From Octopus vulgaris (Eukaryota), in contig OX597822.1 in assembly GCA_951406725.2 (NCBI GenBank), forward strand, positions 75,144,001-75,208,000: 64,000 nucleotides of DNA, written 5' to 3'. Positions within the stretch are counted from its first letter, which is position 1, and every line of letters starts with the position of its first letter. Below, one piece after another: positions 51,901-64,000 of this stretch. Position numbers and translations under genes: made by a program. The notes below the pieces were generated by a model. That model was not told the origin of the DNA. It did no database searches and worked only from the letters and a program-made list of their open reading frames with translations.

Positions 51901-53333
51901 TCACTGTCTCTATGCCTACTATTACTCTCACCCCAGCAAGAGGAGTAGAAGAAGTGTCATTGAATAGCAAGAGAGGGAGTCAAAGTGTGACACACTGACA
52001 CACATGAATTTGTTTTGGCATTTATTATTATAGATTATGTGATATGATTTATTTTTAGATGCATCTGGAATAATTTCATTGAATTCAAGAGTTGCAGTTT
52101 CAGTTCAGTGATTATGAAAACTTTGTGCTTGTTAGAGGCACTCATTCCATTATGCTTTGTGAAGTTTCAGTTATTGTATACAGAAGGGAGCCATTCTCAG
52201 CATGTTGGTTGACCTGCTAGAAATAACAGCTAAGACTCCCTCAAGTCAAACCCTTCTATTGCTTTAAAAATGGTAAAGGACATATTAGATAACATGTCCC
52301 TTATTATTAATTTTAATCTAAAAACACTGGTTGGTCATGATTGGAATACTCCTGATCATAGACTTTTTACTCTACTGCGGTCAACCCCAGTCTCAGTAGA
52401 CTAGCTGGGGTGGGAATGATGGTGGCAGTCTACCCTAGCTGATATTTTTATGTGGGTGGCAGTTTTAGGTATGCTGTATATAAGGCTGTATTGCGGGTAG
52501 GGGGCAGGAAACTCAAGGCCTGCCCCAGACAGTATAAACTGTAGCTAGACTACTGGCTGACCTGGAGCTAAACAACAGCAACAGTTTACAGCCAGGCAGA
52601 CTGAGCCAAGTTTTAATGATAAGATCCACATTTCTAATCTGTCAGCTGCTTATCTGATATTGTGTCAATGCATATCTCTGTTGACACACCATGACACAAC
52701 ATAAAATCATGCCTATCTCCCCTCCCCTCGAAATATTTAAAAGGTAGGAGTGAAGGGAAGGACAAAAGTATCTTTATCTTTTACTTGTTTCGAGCATTGG
52801 TCTGTGGCCATGCTGGGGCATTTTCCTGAAGGATTTAGTTGAATAAATCAATCCCAGCAGTCTTTTTTTAAAAGTCTGGTTCTTATTTTCCAGCAGACAT
52901 TTTTGCCAAATCATTATGCTTGAGGGATGTAAATAAACCAGACCCAGTTAATAAGCAGTGAGGAGACAAATACAAACACACACACAGATAAACACTCTCC
53001 AGAACAGACAATGGAGCCTGGTGGGACCCTGGCTTTACCAGCACCGGTCAAACTGTCCAGCCCATGCCAGCATGGAAAACGGTTGTTTGATGATAATGAC
53101 GACATATATATTCTTTTAGTCTTTTGACAGTGGCCATGCTGGAGCAATTCCTTTTAGTTGAAGAAGTCGACCCCATGACTTATTTTTTGTAAGCGTAGTG
53201 CTTATTCTATTGGTCCCTTTTGCCAAACTGCTAAGTTACTGGGACATAAACACACCAACATCAGTTGTCAAGCGATGGTGGGGGAACAAACACAGATACA
53301 CAAATACATACATACATATATACACACACATAC

Positions 53334-53375
<42 letters not shown>

Positions 53376-53927
53376 ATGGGCTTCTTTCAGTTTCTAAAGC
53401 TTTGGTCGGCCCAAGGCTATAGTAGAAGACACTTGTCCAAGGTGTCATGCAGTGGGGCTGAACCCAGAACCATGTGGTTGGGAAGCAAGCTTCTCACCAC
53501 ACAGCCCTGCCTGCACCTATATATATATATATGATGGGCTTCTTTCAAAATAATAAGTCCTGGGGTTGATTTGTTCACCTAAAGGCAATGCTCCAGCATG
53601 GTCACTTTCAAATGACTGAAACAAATGAAAGAATAAAAGAATAAATCCCAATCCTGATATTATAATAAATTTCTTTTCATTTCCTATTATGTTTTATGGG
53701 AAAAAAGAAATCTACTGGTGGTGCTCCAGTATGGCCACAGCTTTAGGGCTAAAACTTATAAAAGACTAAAAGAATATTTCGACAGATATTTGTCCTCATC
53801 TTGTTTGTTGTTAACGCAACGTTTCGGCTGATATACTCTCCTGCCTTCATTAGGTGTCTTGGGGAAATTTCGAACCTGGGTTCTCATTCCTAAGGTATTT
53901 TTCAATGTTATTATTATTATTATTATT

Positions 53928-54481
53928 GAGTGAGAGAGTAGTTCATGCTATCAAAGTGACACTGGGGTAAAATATACGAAGCCCAATATACCCATCATGA
54001 CTACCCGTCTGATAAAGGTACACCAGGCACATGCATCACAACCATATGTGCGCGACATGGTGATCTCATATCAAGATAAACAGCACATGACCTTGCAGGT
54101 GGGGCCCAGTTAGAATTTTCTTCAGGTTGAGTAGCCCATCCCGCTCAAAAGGTCCCTGAATAAGGGTTGTTTAAGGATGTTGAAAGAACCACCCATGTTT
54201 CCAGAGGTGAATTATTCAAACCCCAAAGACTCCCTCTCAACACATGGCTATGATGCTCCCCCACTACTTCTGCTCGTGATCAGAGATGCACATATCGTCA
54301 GCCACTAAGGGACATGCTCAACTGGTTAAGGTCAAACAACTGACAAGCAAATCTGTGGTATTGAGCAGAATATTTGCTGTAGCCCATCTTTTATACCAAG
54401 ACAAAACAATGTACATGATAACACTTCCAATCAGTTAAGATCAGAAGCCATGAGAGCCACTGCCTGGTACTGCATCAGGGC

Positions 54482-54483
<2 letters not shown>
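53928..54483. mobile_element. 556-bp unclassified insertion within (ATT)n
   Basis: Splits the (ATT)n of the family A arm; no ORF and no clear TIR. Confidence 0.7.
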
Positions 54484-54536
<53 letters not shown>

Positions 54537-54689
54537 CTCCTGTTCCATAAAAACAATAATTTTTCATTTTACTATTAGTAAAATGAAAAATTATTATTAT
54601 TAATATAATTATTATCATTATTCAGGTCACTGCTTGGAATCAAACTCGGAATCTTAGGGTTCCAAGCAGTGACCTGAATAATAATAACA

Positions 54690-54734
<45 letters not shown>

Positions 54735-54781
54735 TTGAAAAATACCTTAGGAATGAGAACCCAGGTTAAAAATTTTCCCAA

Positions 54782-54826
54782 GACATCTGATGATGGCTGG
54801 AGGGTATATCAGCCGAAACGTTGTAC
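54782..54826 (+). ncRNA. minimal type I hammerhead ribozyme (family A, weakened stem I)
   Basis: gacat CTGATGA t ggctg-gagggtatat-cagcc GAAA cg TT gtac. Confidence 0.6.
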
Positions 54827-55149
54827 TAACAACAAACAAGACGAGGACAAATATCCCTCAAATATAAATAATGTAAATAATGTACATAATTCCTCATTTC
54901 TTAAATATAGAAGTGATGGAAACATTTGCACGCTAGGTAAAATGCTTAGCAACATTTGCATCCATCTTTACAGCCTGGGTTCAAATTTTGCCCAAGTCAA
55001 CTTTGCCTTTCATCCTTTTGGGGTAATAAATTAAAGAACAGTTAAGCATTGGGGTCGATGTAACTGATTTAAACCCTTCATCAAACTTGCTGGCCTTGTG
55101 CCAAAATCTGAAACCGATATATGTCATGTATTGTAGAAATATAAACCAG

Positions 55150-55545
55150 TAGTGGCTGTGTGGTAGGATGCTTGCTTCCCAACCACTTGACTCTGGTTTC
55201 AGTCCCACTGCATGCAAGTGTCTTCTAATATAGCCTCAGGCCTACCAAAGCCTTGTGAGTGGATTTAGTAGATGGAAACTGAAAGAAGCCCGTCGTATAT
55301 ATGTATATATATATATATATGTGTGTGTGTATGTTCGTGTGTCTGTGTTTGTCCCCCTAGCATTGCTTGACAACCGATGCTGGTGTGTTTATGGCCCCGT
55401 CACTTAGTGGTTTGGCAAAAAGAGACCGATAGAATAAGTACTGGGCTTACAAAGAATAAGTCCCAGGGTCGAGTTGCTCGATTAAAGACGGTGTTCCAGC
55501 ATGGCCGCAGTCAAATGACTGAAACAAGTAAAAGAGTAAAAGAGT
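55150..55545 (+). mobile_element. SINE family S1 (followed by a second 3' half to ~55765)
   Basis: Alignable to the other S1 copies. Confidence 0.85.
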
Positions 55546-57005
55546 ATATATACATATGTGTGTGTTTGTGTGTTCCCTCCATCGCCATCGCTTGACAACC
55601 GATGTCGGTGTGTTTATGTCCCCCCTAACTTAGTGGTTCGGCAAAAGAGACTGACAGAATAAGTACCAAGCTTACGAAGAATAAGTCTTGGGGTTGATTT
55701 GTTTAACTAAAGGCAGTGCTCCAGCATGGCCAAAAATCAAATGGCTGAAACAACTAAAAGAATGATATATATGTACACACAGACACACATATACGCGCGT
55801 GCGTGCATATGACCAGCTTTTTTTAGTTTCTGTGAAGCAAACCTGCTCACAAGGTTTGGGCTATTTTGGAGCTATAGTGGAGGACAATTACCCAAGGTGC
55901 TGAGCAGCGAGACTGAACCTGAAACCACATGGGTCAGAAGCAAGCTTCTTAACCACACAACCGTTCTGTTCACACACGCGCACGACTGACTTTCAACACA
56001 TTTTCTTTCTACCATATTTATTCGCAAAGTATTGATCGGAAACCGAGGCTGTTGTAGAAGACATCTACCCAAAGTGCGGCGCTGTGTGACTGAACCCGAA
56101 ACCACGTGGCTGCAAAACTATTTCCTATACCACACTGCCACCCCTACCCATCTACCCTGAGTAGAAAACAAAAAAAAAGACAGAACAGAAAAGAAAAGAT
56201 GGTGAGAATTAGAACGTTTTTGATCATAGTTCTATTTGATCAGGAATGACCAAGGGTTAAACAGCCACAGCAACAGCTATATAAACAAAAGGATAATATT
56301 ATGCTTTTATATATATCATATATATCACATATACATATATATAAACATGTATGTATACTGATTAATCTCCTTAACTCTAAGCTATTCATAATCTTCCGCT
56401 TCGGTAGATCGATCACGAGAGTAATTTCAGCTGAGTACTGCAGCAAAACAATAAAACAACTCAGTTGTATAGCTTAGAAATTTTGTCAAATAAGATAACA
56501 TTCTGTATTGCGAATTATATTAAATGTTTGTTCATTGTACCGATGTTAGGGTATTTACTAATTTCTTTAGATTTTTAAATGTTTCTCCTCTGTTCTTCGT
56601 TTTGCTGACGCAGCGTTGAATTAAGTCATCGAGAGTTAAGTACCTTTATTGTTTGGGAAGCGATCAGAGCAGCGGACGTTGGCAGAGATCTCAAGAGTAA
56701 ATAGTTTTCGTGATCACGTGTGTGTGTGCGGTGAGGGCTATACGGATTTTTATGTTTATTAGTCATAATAGCTTCGTAAGGGGATATTCCCCATTCGCAA
56801 TTTTTTTGGTTAACTGCTCTCAGCAAGTATTTCCTAAGTATTTCTCAGAAGTAAACGCCTAGATTATCTTACCCCAACTGGACGAAGGTAAAGAATACGC
56901 ACATCCGGTATTTAGGGTTAGGGTGAGGGTTACTCCGAAAACGGGCAGCATGCGTATTCTTTACCTACTGCTGCTGCTGCTACTACTACTACTAATGCGC
57001 GCGCG

Positions 57006-57042
<37 letters not shown>

Positions 57043-57219
57043 AAAATAAGCGAAACAGGCGCGCGAGTGAGTTGGAAGCAAATATACATCTACGTTCATA
57101 ACGCTAAGTTACGGGGACGTAAACACACCAACATCGGTTGTCAGGCGATGATGGGGACAAACACAGACTGAAACTGGAACTATGTGGCTCACACATCCAC
57201 GCCTGAGCTTATAGAATGT

Positions 57220-57277
<58 letters not shown>

Positions 57278-57278
57278 A

Positions 57279-57398
<120 letters not shown>

Positions 57399-57416
57399 AG
57401 AGAGAGAGAGAGAGAG

Positions 57417-57751
57417 TGACCCCCTTCGGTCATGAATGACCATGAGATTGCACCTAGAAAGTTCTCCTCCATGACACAAGTCTGGGCAAGATTGTTTATG
57501 GAAGACCCGCAGTCGCCCATGCATACCAACCTCCCCTCTCCATGCCACCGGTGTTATCCAAGGAAAATTCAAAGGCTGATACAACTTGGCACCAGTGACG
57601 TCACAACTCATTTCTACAGCTGAGTGAACTGGAGCAACGTGAAACAAAGTGTTTTACTCAAGAGCACAACACGCAGCTCGGTCCGGGAATCGAGCTCACA
57701 GCCTTACAAATCGTAAGCTCGACGCTCTAACCACTGAGCCATACGCCTTCA
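57417..57751 (-). mobile_element. SINE family S3, full copy
   Basis: Homologous to 19021-19362. Confidence 0.9.
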
Positions 57752-58142
57752 CTATGTGTATGTGTTGTGTGTGTGTGTGTGTGTACAAAGCGTAACCCAT
57801 CTCTGACTGCATTTCCTCGTAACTTTCATGAAAAATGGATATTTTTCAATGAAACTTCCTACTGATGGTGTAGCTTCCAATTATATGCAAATTTGTTATG
57901 AAAAACGTTTCCGATAGTGGGGAGAGGAGCTTCGGCAAATTTACATGATTCGGTTTTGTTTCCTCATAACTTTCAGAAAAATGGGTACTTTTTCATGAAA
58001 TTCTTTACAAGTACCTTTCAGATGATGTTGCTTTCGATTATATCGGAATTTAGCATTAGAAAGTAAGAAGAAAATTGGTGGGCTCGCACACATATATACT
58101 GACACACCCCTCAGATGTCTATATAATTGCTTGTTGAAACAT

Positions 58143-58300
58143 TAGGAGTGACTGTGTGGTAAGTAGCTTGCTTACGAACTACATAGTTCCGGGTTCAGTG
58201 CCACTGCGTGGCACCTTGGGCAAGTGTTTTCTACTCTAGCTTCGAGCCGACCAAAGCCTTGTGAGTGGATTTGGTAGACGGAAACTGAAAGAAGCCCGTC

Positions 58301-58363
<63 letters not shown>

Positions 58364-58576
58364 TGTGCTTGTGTTTGTGCCCCCAACATCGCTTGACAAG
58401 CGATGCTGGTGTGTTTACGTCGCCGTAACTTAGCGGTTCGGCAAAAGAGACCGATAGAATAAGTACTAGGCTTACAAAGAATAAGTCTTGGGGTCGATTT
58501 GCTCGATCGACTAAAGGCGGTGCTCCAGCATGGCCGCAGTCAAATGACTGAAACAAATAAAAGAGTAAAGAGAGTA
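58143..58576 (+). mobile_element. SINE family S1, full copy, CpG-intact
   Basis: Alignable to the other S1 copies. Confidence 0.9.
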
Positions 58577-58899
58577 ATTCTAATATAAACCTACCTCCTC
58601 AGCGTTTAGCGATGTATGCATATGTGCGTGCGTACACGAGTGTGTGCGTCTGAGTGCACATGTATTTGTGTACAGATCCTATTAGCTATGGCTGGTTATG
58701 AGTCGCAAATTTGTTCTTGGATTCTGTTCAGCAGTAACTGCGCCATTCGCGATTGAGAAAAGCAACACGAGAGTGACAGAGGCTCTATTGCAGAGGTAAC
58801 ATCAGTGCGTGGTTATTTGGCCTGTCGGAACAGTTGTGTATCCTTCCATCTCGTACGAGGATCTCCCAAGATTCCGTAACGATCCCGAACTCCACCATG

Positions 58900-59800
58900 T
58901 CTCTCATTCAAATGTCACGTAGCACAATAGAGGACAGCCAGTAAATCTTACTCTCCATACTAGCTCTCCATAGTTTTGGATACAGTCTTTCTCCATATCG
59001 CAGACGTGGCTCAGCCTGAGTAATCTTCGCTACCTGAGCAACATGTATAATATTCAGGAAATCTAGAGCGAGACAAGGCTTTTGTATTGTACACTATTTC
59101 TGGACGAAACCCCAGCAAATGGTTTCCTGAAGATTTCCGCATTGGAACCATTAGCACTGACTAGATCTCATCCTAGTTAGGTATGCCGACATCATGGATG
59201 TTCTCCATAGACGTTCCTACAATACTATAGACTGCGTCACAAAACACTCCTTAGTTTATTGAAGGATAAGGTAACATTATAAGAAGTTCCACCGTACGAA
59301 GTAACAGGCAGCCCTTCGCAACAGTTCCAGCAAGTTGTCCCAGCTTGACATCGGGCGATAGTTGGTAGAGTAGTAACGTAGCTAGTGTGCCGCCTGGGGA
59401 AGCCTTTTATATTGTTCCCTCTCCCTACTACAAGTCGAACCCAAAAGTGCCGCCCCCTTAAAAGTATCGCCCGGAGCGGACTGTTCCACTTATCCTCTTC
59501 CGCTAGCTATGGTACTGTTGCAGACACTTTCGGAAGACGGCCTCGCAATTGGAAGATCGCATCTCAGTGAAGCGGGAAACCTCGTAGGACACTATGCGTC
59601 ACGTGGCCGTGATTATCTATGGGAAAATATTTTGATAACATGTGACTGGTTTAAAGAGACGATTCAAGTCGTTGAAGCAAAGGGCACCGTCCATGCTGAG
59701 CACAAGCAACAGCTACCAAGCGATCAGCTATCAAGAAGTTGCAGATTCACTGGTTTACCAGGACCAAGGTTAAACAGAATGCTGGACGTTGTACCAAACA
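58900..59800 (+). pseudogene. possible heavily decayed Gypsy LTR-retrotransposon remnant
   Basis: Only short frameshifted motifs, such as a gag-like FW..P..WF near 59098; no LTRs seen. Confidence 0.3.
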
Positions 59801-60292
59801 GTATTGGACAGAGTGAAACATTCAGACAGCCGCACTAATAACGAACATTAGAAGAATGGACGAATGCATAAAAAAATACTTAAATCAGTTATGAATAAAA
59901 CAGTCCCTCTCTGCCAAATTTTCCTCCCGAAAAACAATCCCGGTTAGAAGACAGCGGATAAAGAAGTGATAAGAAATCTACTCCTACCTCTTTTCCAAAA
60001 TCAAAACCGTTCCCACCTCACCTCAATATTTGACACCATATTTACAGCCACATTTTTCATTCGTTTTATTTTTCCAACCAACTTTTCTCATTGTTGTTTT
60101 TCTTTTCTCTCTTTCTTCTGATGAACGACTTCCGTCCGAAGCTTCAAAACGCTTTTCCCGTCTGTTTAAGAGCTAACCTAATACAGTTGTTAAAACTCAT
60201 CTCTCCCGCGTTCATTATTCTTTGTTCTCATTGTCTTCTTTATATGTGTGTGAGTATATGTATACACACACACACACATATTAAAATATGCA

Positions 60293-60342
<50 letters not shown>

Positions 60343-60371
60343 CATGCATATATATACATACACACACACAC

Positions 60372-60415
<44 letters not shown>

Positions 60416-60594
60416 ATACGCACACACATATAGTTACAGATGTGGCTGTGTGGTAAGTAGCTTGCTTCCCAACCACATACTTCCGGGTTCAGTCCTACTA
60501 CGTGGCACCTTGGGCAAGTATTTTCTACTATAACTTCGGGCCGACCAACGCCTTGTGAGTGGATTTGGTAGACGGAAACTGAAAGAAGCCCGTC

Positions 60595-60687
<93 letters not shown>

Positions 60688-61261
60688 TATACATTTTTCT
60701 ACACATTTTATTATAATTCCGGATACTATAATAAAACGTGATACTCTGATACTTAATTATATACACATATACAGTATATTATTGTTGTATGTTACAATAG
60801 CGAAAGATTCTCTTAGTCATAAACGGTTTGGATTAATATTATTTGAGATATATAGATATATTTCGATAGCTGTAGATTACACTTATTTTGTCCGTTAAAA
60901 TTTTGTTGTTGTTTTTTTTAATTGTAATTGATATGTAATTGAATAGTTAACGCTCATCTTTAAACTCTGGCTCTGATAAGACTTATATATATATATATAT
61001 AAGGGAATTATTTATATATTAAAAAAATGTACATAAGTCGAAACAAATTATTGGCTTTTTGATGTTTTAATAACTGTTTATGTTATCTTATATTATGTTA
61101 TATCATAATATAAATAAATAATTGGATTGTCACTTGTATCTCTCTATATAATTTTATCTTTGTAATTTGCATTACACCCATATTTATATGGTATTCAACT
61201 GACGTACCAGTGAATTGGTTGTTTCACAGACCGCTTTGTTGGAAGTATTTTCCTTAGTTTG

Positions 61262-61313
<52 letters not shown>

Positions 61314-61853
61314 TACGTGTGTGTATGTGTGTCTGTGTTTGTCCTCCCGCCATCACTTCACAACCGATGTTAGTGTGTTACGTTCCAGTAACTTAGCGAT
61401 TCGGGAAAAGGGGCCGATAGAATAAGTACCAGGCTTACAAAGAATAAGCCCTGAAATTGATTTGTTCGACTAAAGGCGGTGCTCCAGCAAGGCCGCAGTC
61501 AAATGACTGAAACGAGTAAATGAGTAAAAGAGAATATATTGTATGCACACGCATATATCAGGGACAATGAAAGGAATAATAAATACAAGATCAGTTCTTG
61601 ATTTATTGATGAATAGTTGGTTTATTTGCGCTGCCGGAGAAGTTGGAGTGCGTCTCATATGTCCATGAATCTGTTATACCATCGAATACGGTACTTTAAC
61701 TTCCAGTTGTTGCTTGAGAGGAGAGACAGGTTGGAGAGAAAAACTCTGTTGTATAGTTGGCCGCATCGTTTCCGTTAACTGTTTTGAGAACTAACCTATA
61801 CCATTTGGAGTAAACCGGTACCTATTGAAGACTGTGGTATTAATGTCCTACAC

Positions 61854-61920
61854 CAGTGGTTCCCAAACTATGAGTCGCGACCCACAGATGGGTCGCGAAC
61901 GGAATCTTAGTGGGTCGCAA
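61854..61920 (+). mobile_element. hAT/Charlie-like left terminus
   Basis: CAGTGGTTCCCAAAC followed by GTCGCGACCC/GGGTCGCG subterminal palindromes; no partner TIR found. Confidence 0.6.
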
Positions 61921-62249
61921 AGAGTTATAAGATTACGCATTAGCTTTGATTAACTGCTGTCTATCGAGATAGTTCAAGACTTATGTTTTCAATACAGACT
62001 TGTTGTTTTATCAAGCAGTAGGCTTTTTCACGAACTTAACAAATCAGAGGTTGTCATTTTTTCAAGTTATTTATTCGTACGTAATCGTAAAAAGGAAAGG
62101 TCTGTTTTTACCTATTTATAGAGAACTTTAACTAGGCAAAGTATAACACTGATCGAGCCGATAACAGTTACTACTTCAAGGTTTTGTATTAGTGTTAGCA
62201 TTTACACATAGGGTATTTACATATCGTGTAGGACCTTACACGATGTCAC

Positions 62250-63860
62250 TTTTGAAAGCAAAGATAACAGTCTCACAAAACTACTCACGGTTTCTATCAT
62301 TCCGAGAGACTAGGGTAACACTTTCAGTAGTATTTCTTGAGAGGTGTTGAAGATCGTTCTGCAATTTTTTGGCCTTGTAATATATCCTCTCTCAGTGATA
62401 ACTAGAAGCTGACCAGTGCCAAATCGAAGAAAACATTCGCAGACTGAGTTACCGAGGCATCTCTATTTAGTGTAAATCTCGTGTTGGAGAGACGTGCAAA
62501 CAGTTTGCTTGAGCAAGTGCTGTCAATCGAAAGCTCTGTATATCGGCTGTCAGAAGGTTTCAAGGGTCATCAGGAGAGAATGTACCCTCTATCAAGGCCT
62601 TCTCCTGGGAGACTTTACTGCGCACCGGCTCCTATCCGCCTACTGGATCGATTGACTAGTATCCGATCTTAGATATCTAAACTCATCAGTAGGTATAATT
62701 TTAGGGATGACCGATAGGATTTACTTGAAATCACAACCCCGCCACCCAAAAACGTCAAGATTGTGACTCCACTTATAAGTGTAGCGTTACCTTTGAGATC
62801 TTGTAACGTGCGATTGAGAGCTTGTAATACATCTCATTCTTTCAGGTTGGCTTACTCCAGAACCCCTACTAGTGCAGATCCTTTACCAATATTGGTTTCA
62901 GAATTTGGCACAAGGCCAGCAATTTATGATGAGGGGTTAAATTTATTCCATCGACCCCAGTGTTCAAATGGTACATAATTTATCGACCTCTAAACGATGA
63001 AAGGCAAAGTCGACCTCGGCGGAATTTGAACTCAGAACGTAAGGACGGACGAAATGCCGCTAAGTATTTCGCTCGGTGTGTTAACGATTCTGCCAGCTCG
63101 TGCCTTCTCAATTGCTAATATTGCACTGTCATTGTGCATGGTTGATTACTCTCAAAAACAGAATAATGTGTTCCGTCACAAATGAGCTAAGTTCTCAGCA
63201 GTTCCTGATGAGACTTCAACAATAGCAATCTACTTCAGTAAGCGAACTTTGTCAAAATTAGTTGATCAAAAATGTTTTGCCTGTTCTATCTAAATCACCA
63301 GGAAAAATTTATTTCTCACAAATCTGATGTCACTGTTGATTGATCTGACACCGAGTGATATTAGGGCCACAACCTAAATCCTCGGTGAAAATCCTCGGAA
63401 TGTCTGTTTCGGCAACCGACGGCTCCTCGGTCGTTCTGTCCCTGCGTCTGCGGACAATTTGCGGCAAACAGGATGTCTCTACATGCGGGATTGTTGGAGA
63501 CCGCTTGTGAAATTCATATTTCCACGAAACTTCTTCCACTGCCATGGTTCGAGATGCCTCGAGGGTGGTAGAAGAAGCCGACTCAGCCCGCCCAGGGTGA
63601 ATGTCGCTACAAGTACAAGTATGTAAGTACCAAATTTGCTGTAGATCAGTTGGTGATCAGACACAGAAAATAACAGCGAAGATGTTTCTCATCTTGATTG
63701 CAGACTACAACACGGCAACCGCTTTCAATATAACGTTCCAGCTTGCTCTATTTTTCAACGAGGCATCTTCTGGAGGAAAATTCGCAATATACTCCACTGA
63801 CATATCAACCAGCAATTTTGATTTTCTGGATTGAGGTTGAACTCCGAACACTGTGCAAGA
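62250..63860 (-). pseudogene. possible heavily decayed Gypsy gag-pol remnant
   Basis: Minus strand: gag-like IANFPPEDA...LKAV near 63750 and RT-like KLFARLSNTRFTLN near 62490, in the correct order. Many stops; interrupted by SINE S2. Confidence 0.3.
62893..63105 (-). mobile_element. SINE family S2, CpG-intact
   Basis: Full head and central domain. Confidence 0.88.
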
Positions 63861-64000
63861 TCAGTCTGAGAAGTAAATATCCATCTATCCATTTTTCTCT
63901 GCCTACTAATCCCCCTAAGAGGGTCGTGGGGTAGAGTCCTCAAGAACTCCCTCTATATGGTCCTATCAGAATCGCTATCGTCATTAGGGCGGTGAGCTGG

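Larger units (their letters stand above)
53776..54912. mobile_element. family A tRNA-hammerhead inverted pair, interrupted in its (ATT)n
   Basis: Minus arm 53776-54660 (with an insert) and plus arm 54661-54912 with the tail. The plus-arm core CTGATGA...GAAAcgTT is intact at 54787-54822. Confidence 0.85.

Overview
This 64 kb window is repeat-saturated eukaryotic DNA. It is very likely octopus/cephalopod, inferred from the SINE and RTE families and the dense (TA)n, (CA)n, (GAT)n and (AAT)n microsatellites. I find no supportable host protein-coding gene; almost all short ORFs are microsatellite translations. Conventional content: a young 5'-truncated RTE-clade LINE with an open RT and an embedded PHD finger (19581-22079), dozens of tRNA-derived SINEs of three families, Tc1/mariner remnants, a HERO-type RLE LINE 3' end, a 6.3 kb tandem duplication with a templated-insertion junction, and a 4 kb 105-bp satellite that arose inside a SINE. 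The main signal is at least four sequence-unrelated families of short non-coding elements that each carry a type I hammerhead ribozyme (about 14 intact CUGANGA...GAAA...UH cores, counting the duplicated block). They are inserted, mostly in or beside (TA)n, as head-to-head inverted pairs in which one arm has an extra 35-110 nt 3' tail, which is the insertion geometry of Penelope-like elements. One family is a 353-bp tandem retrozyme-like unit. Another fuses a tRNA-derived Pol III head to a minimal hammerhead, making it a candidate PLE-mobilised ribozyme SINE. All folds were read by eye; ribozyme activity and novelty are untested.
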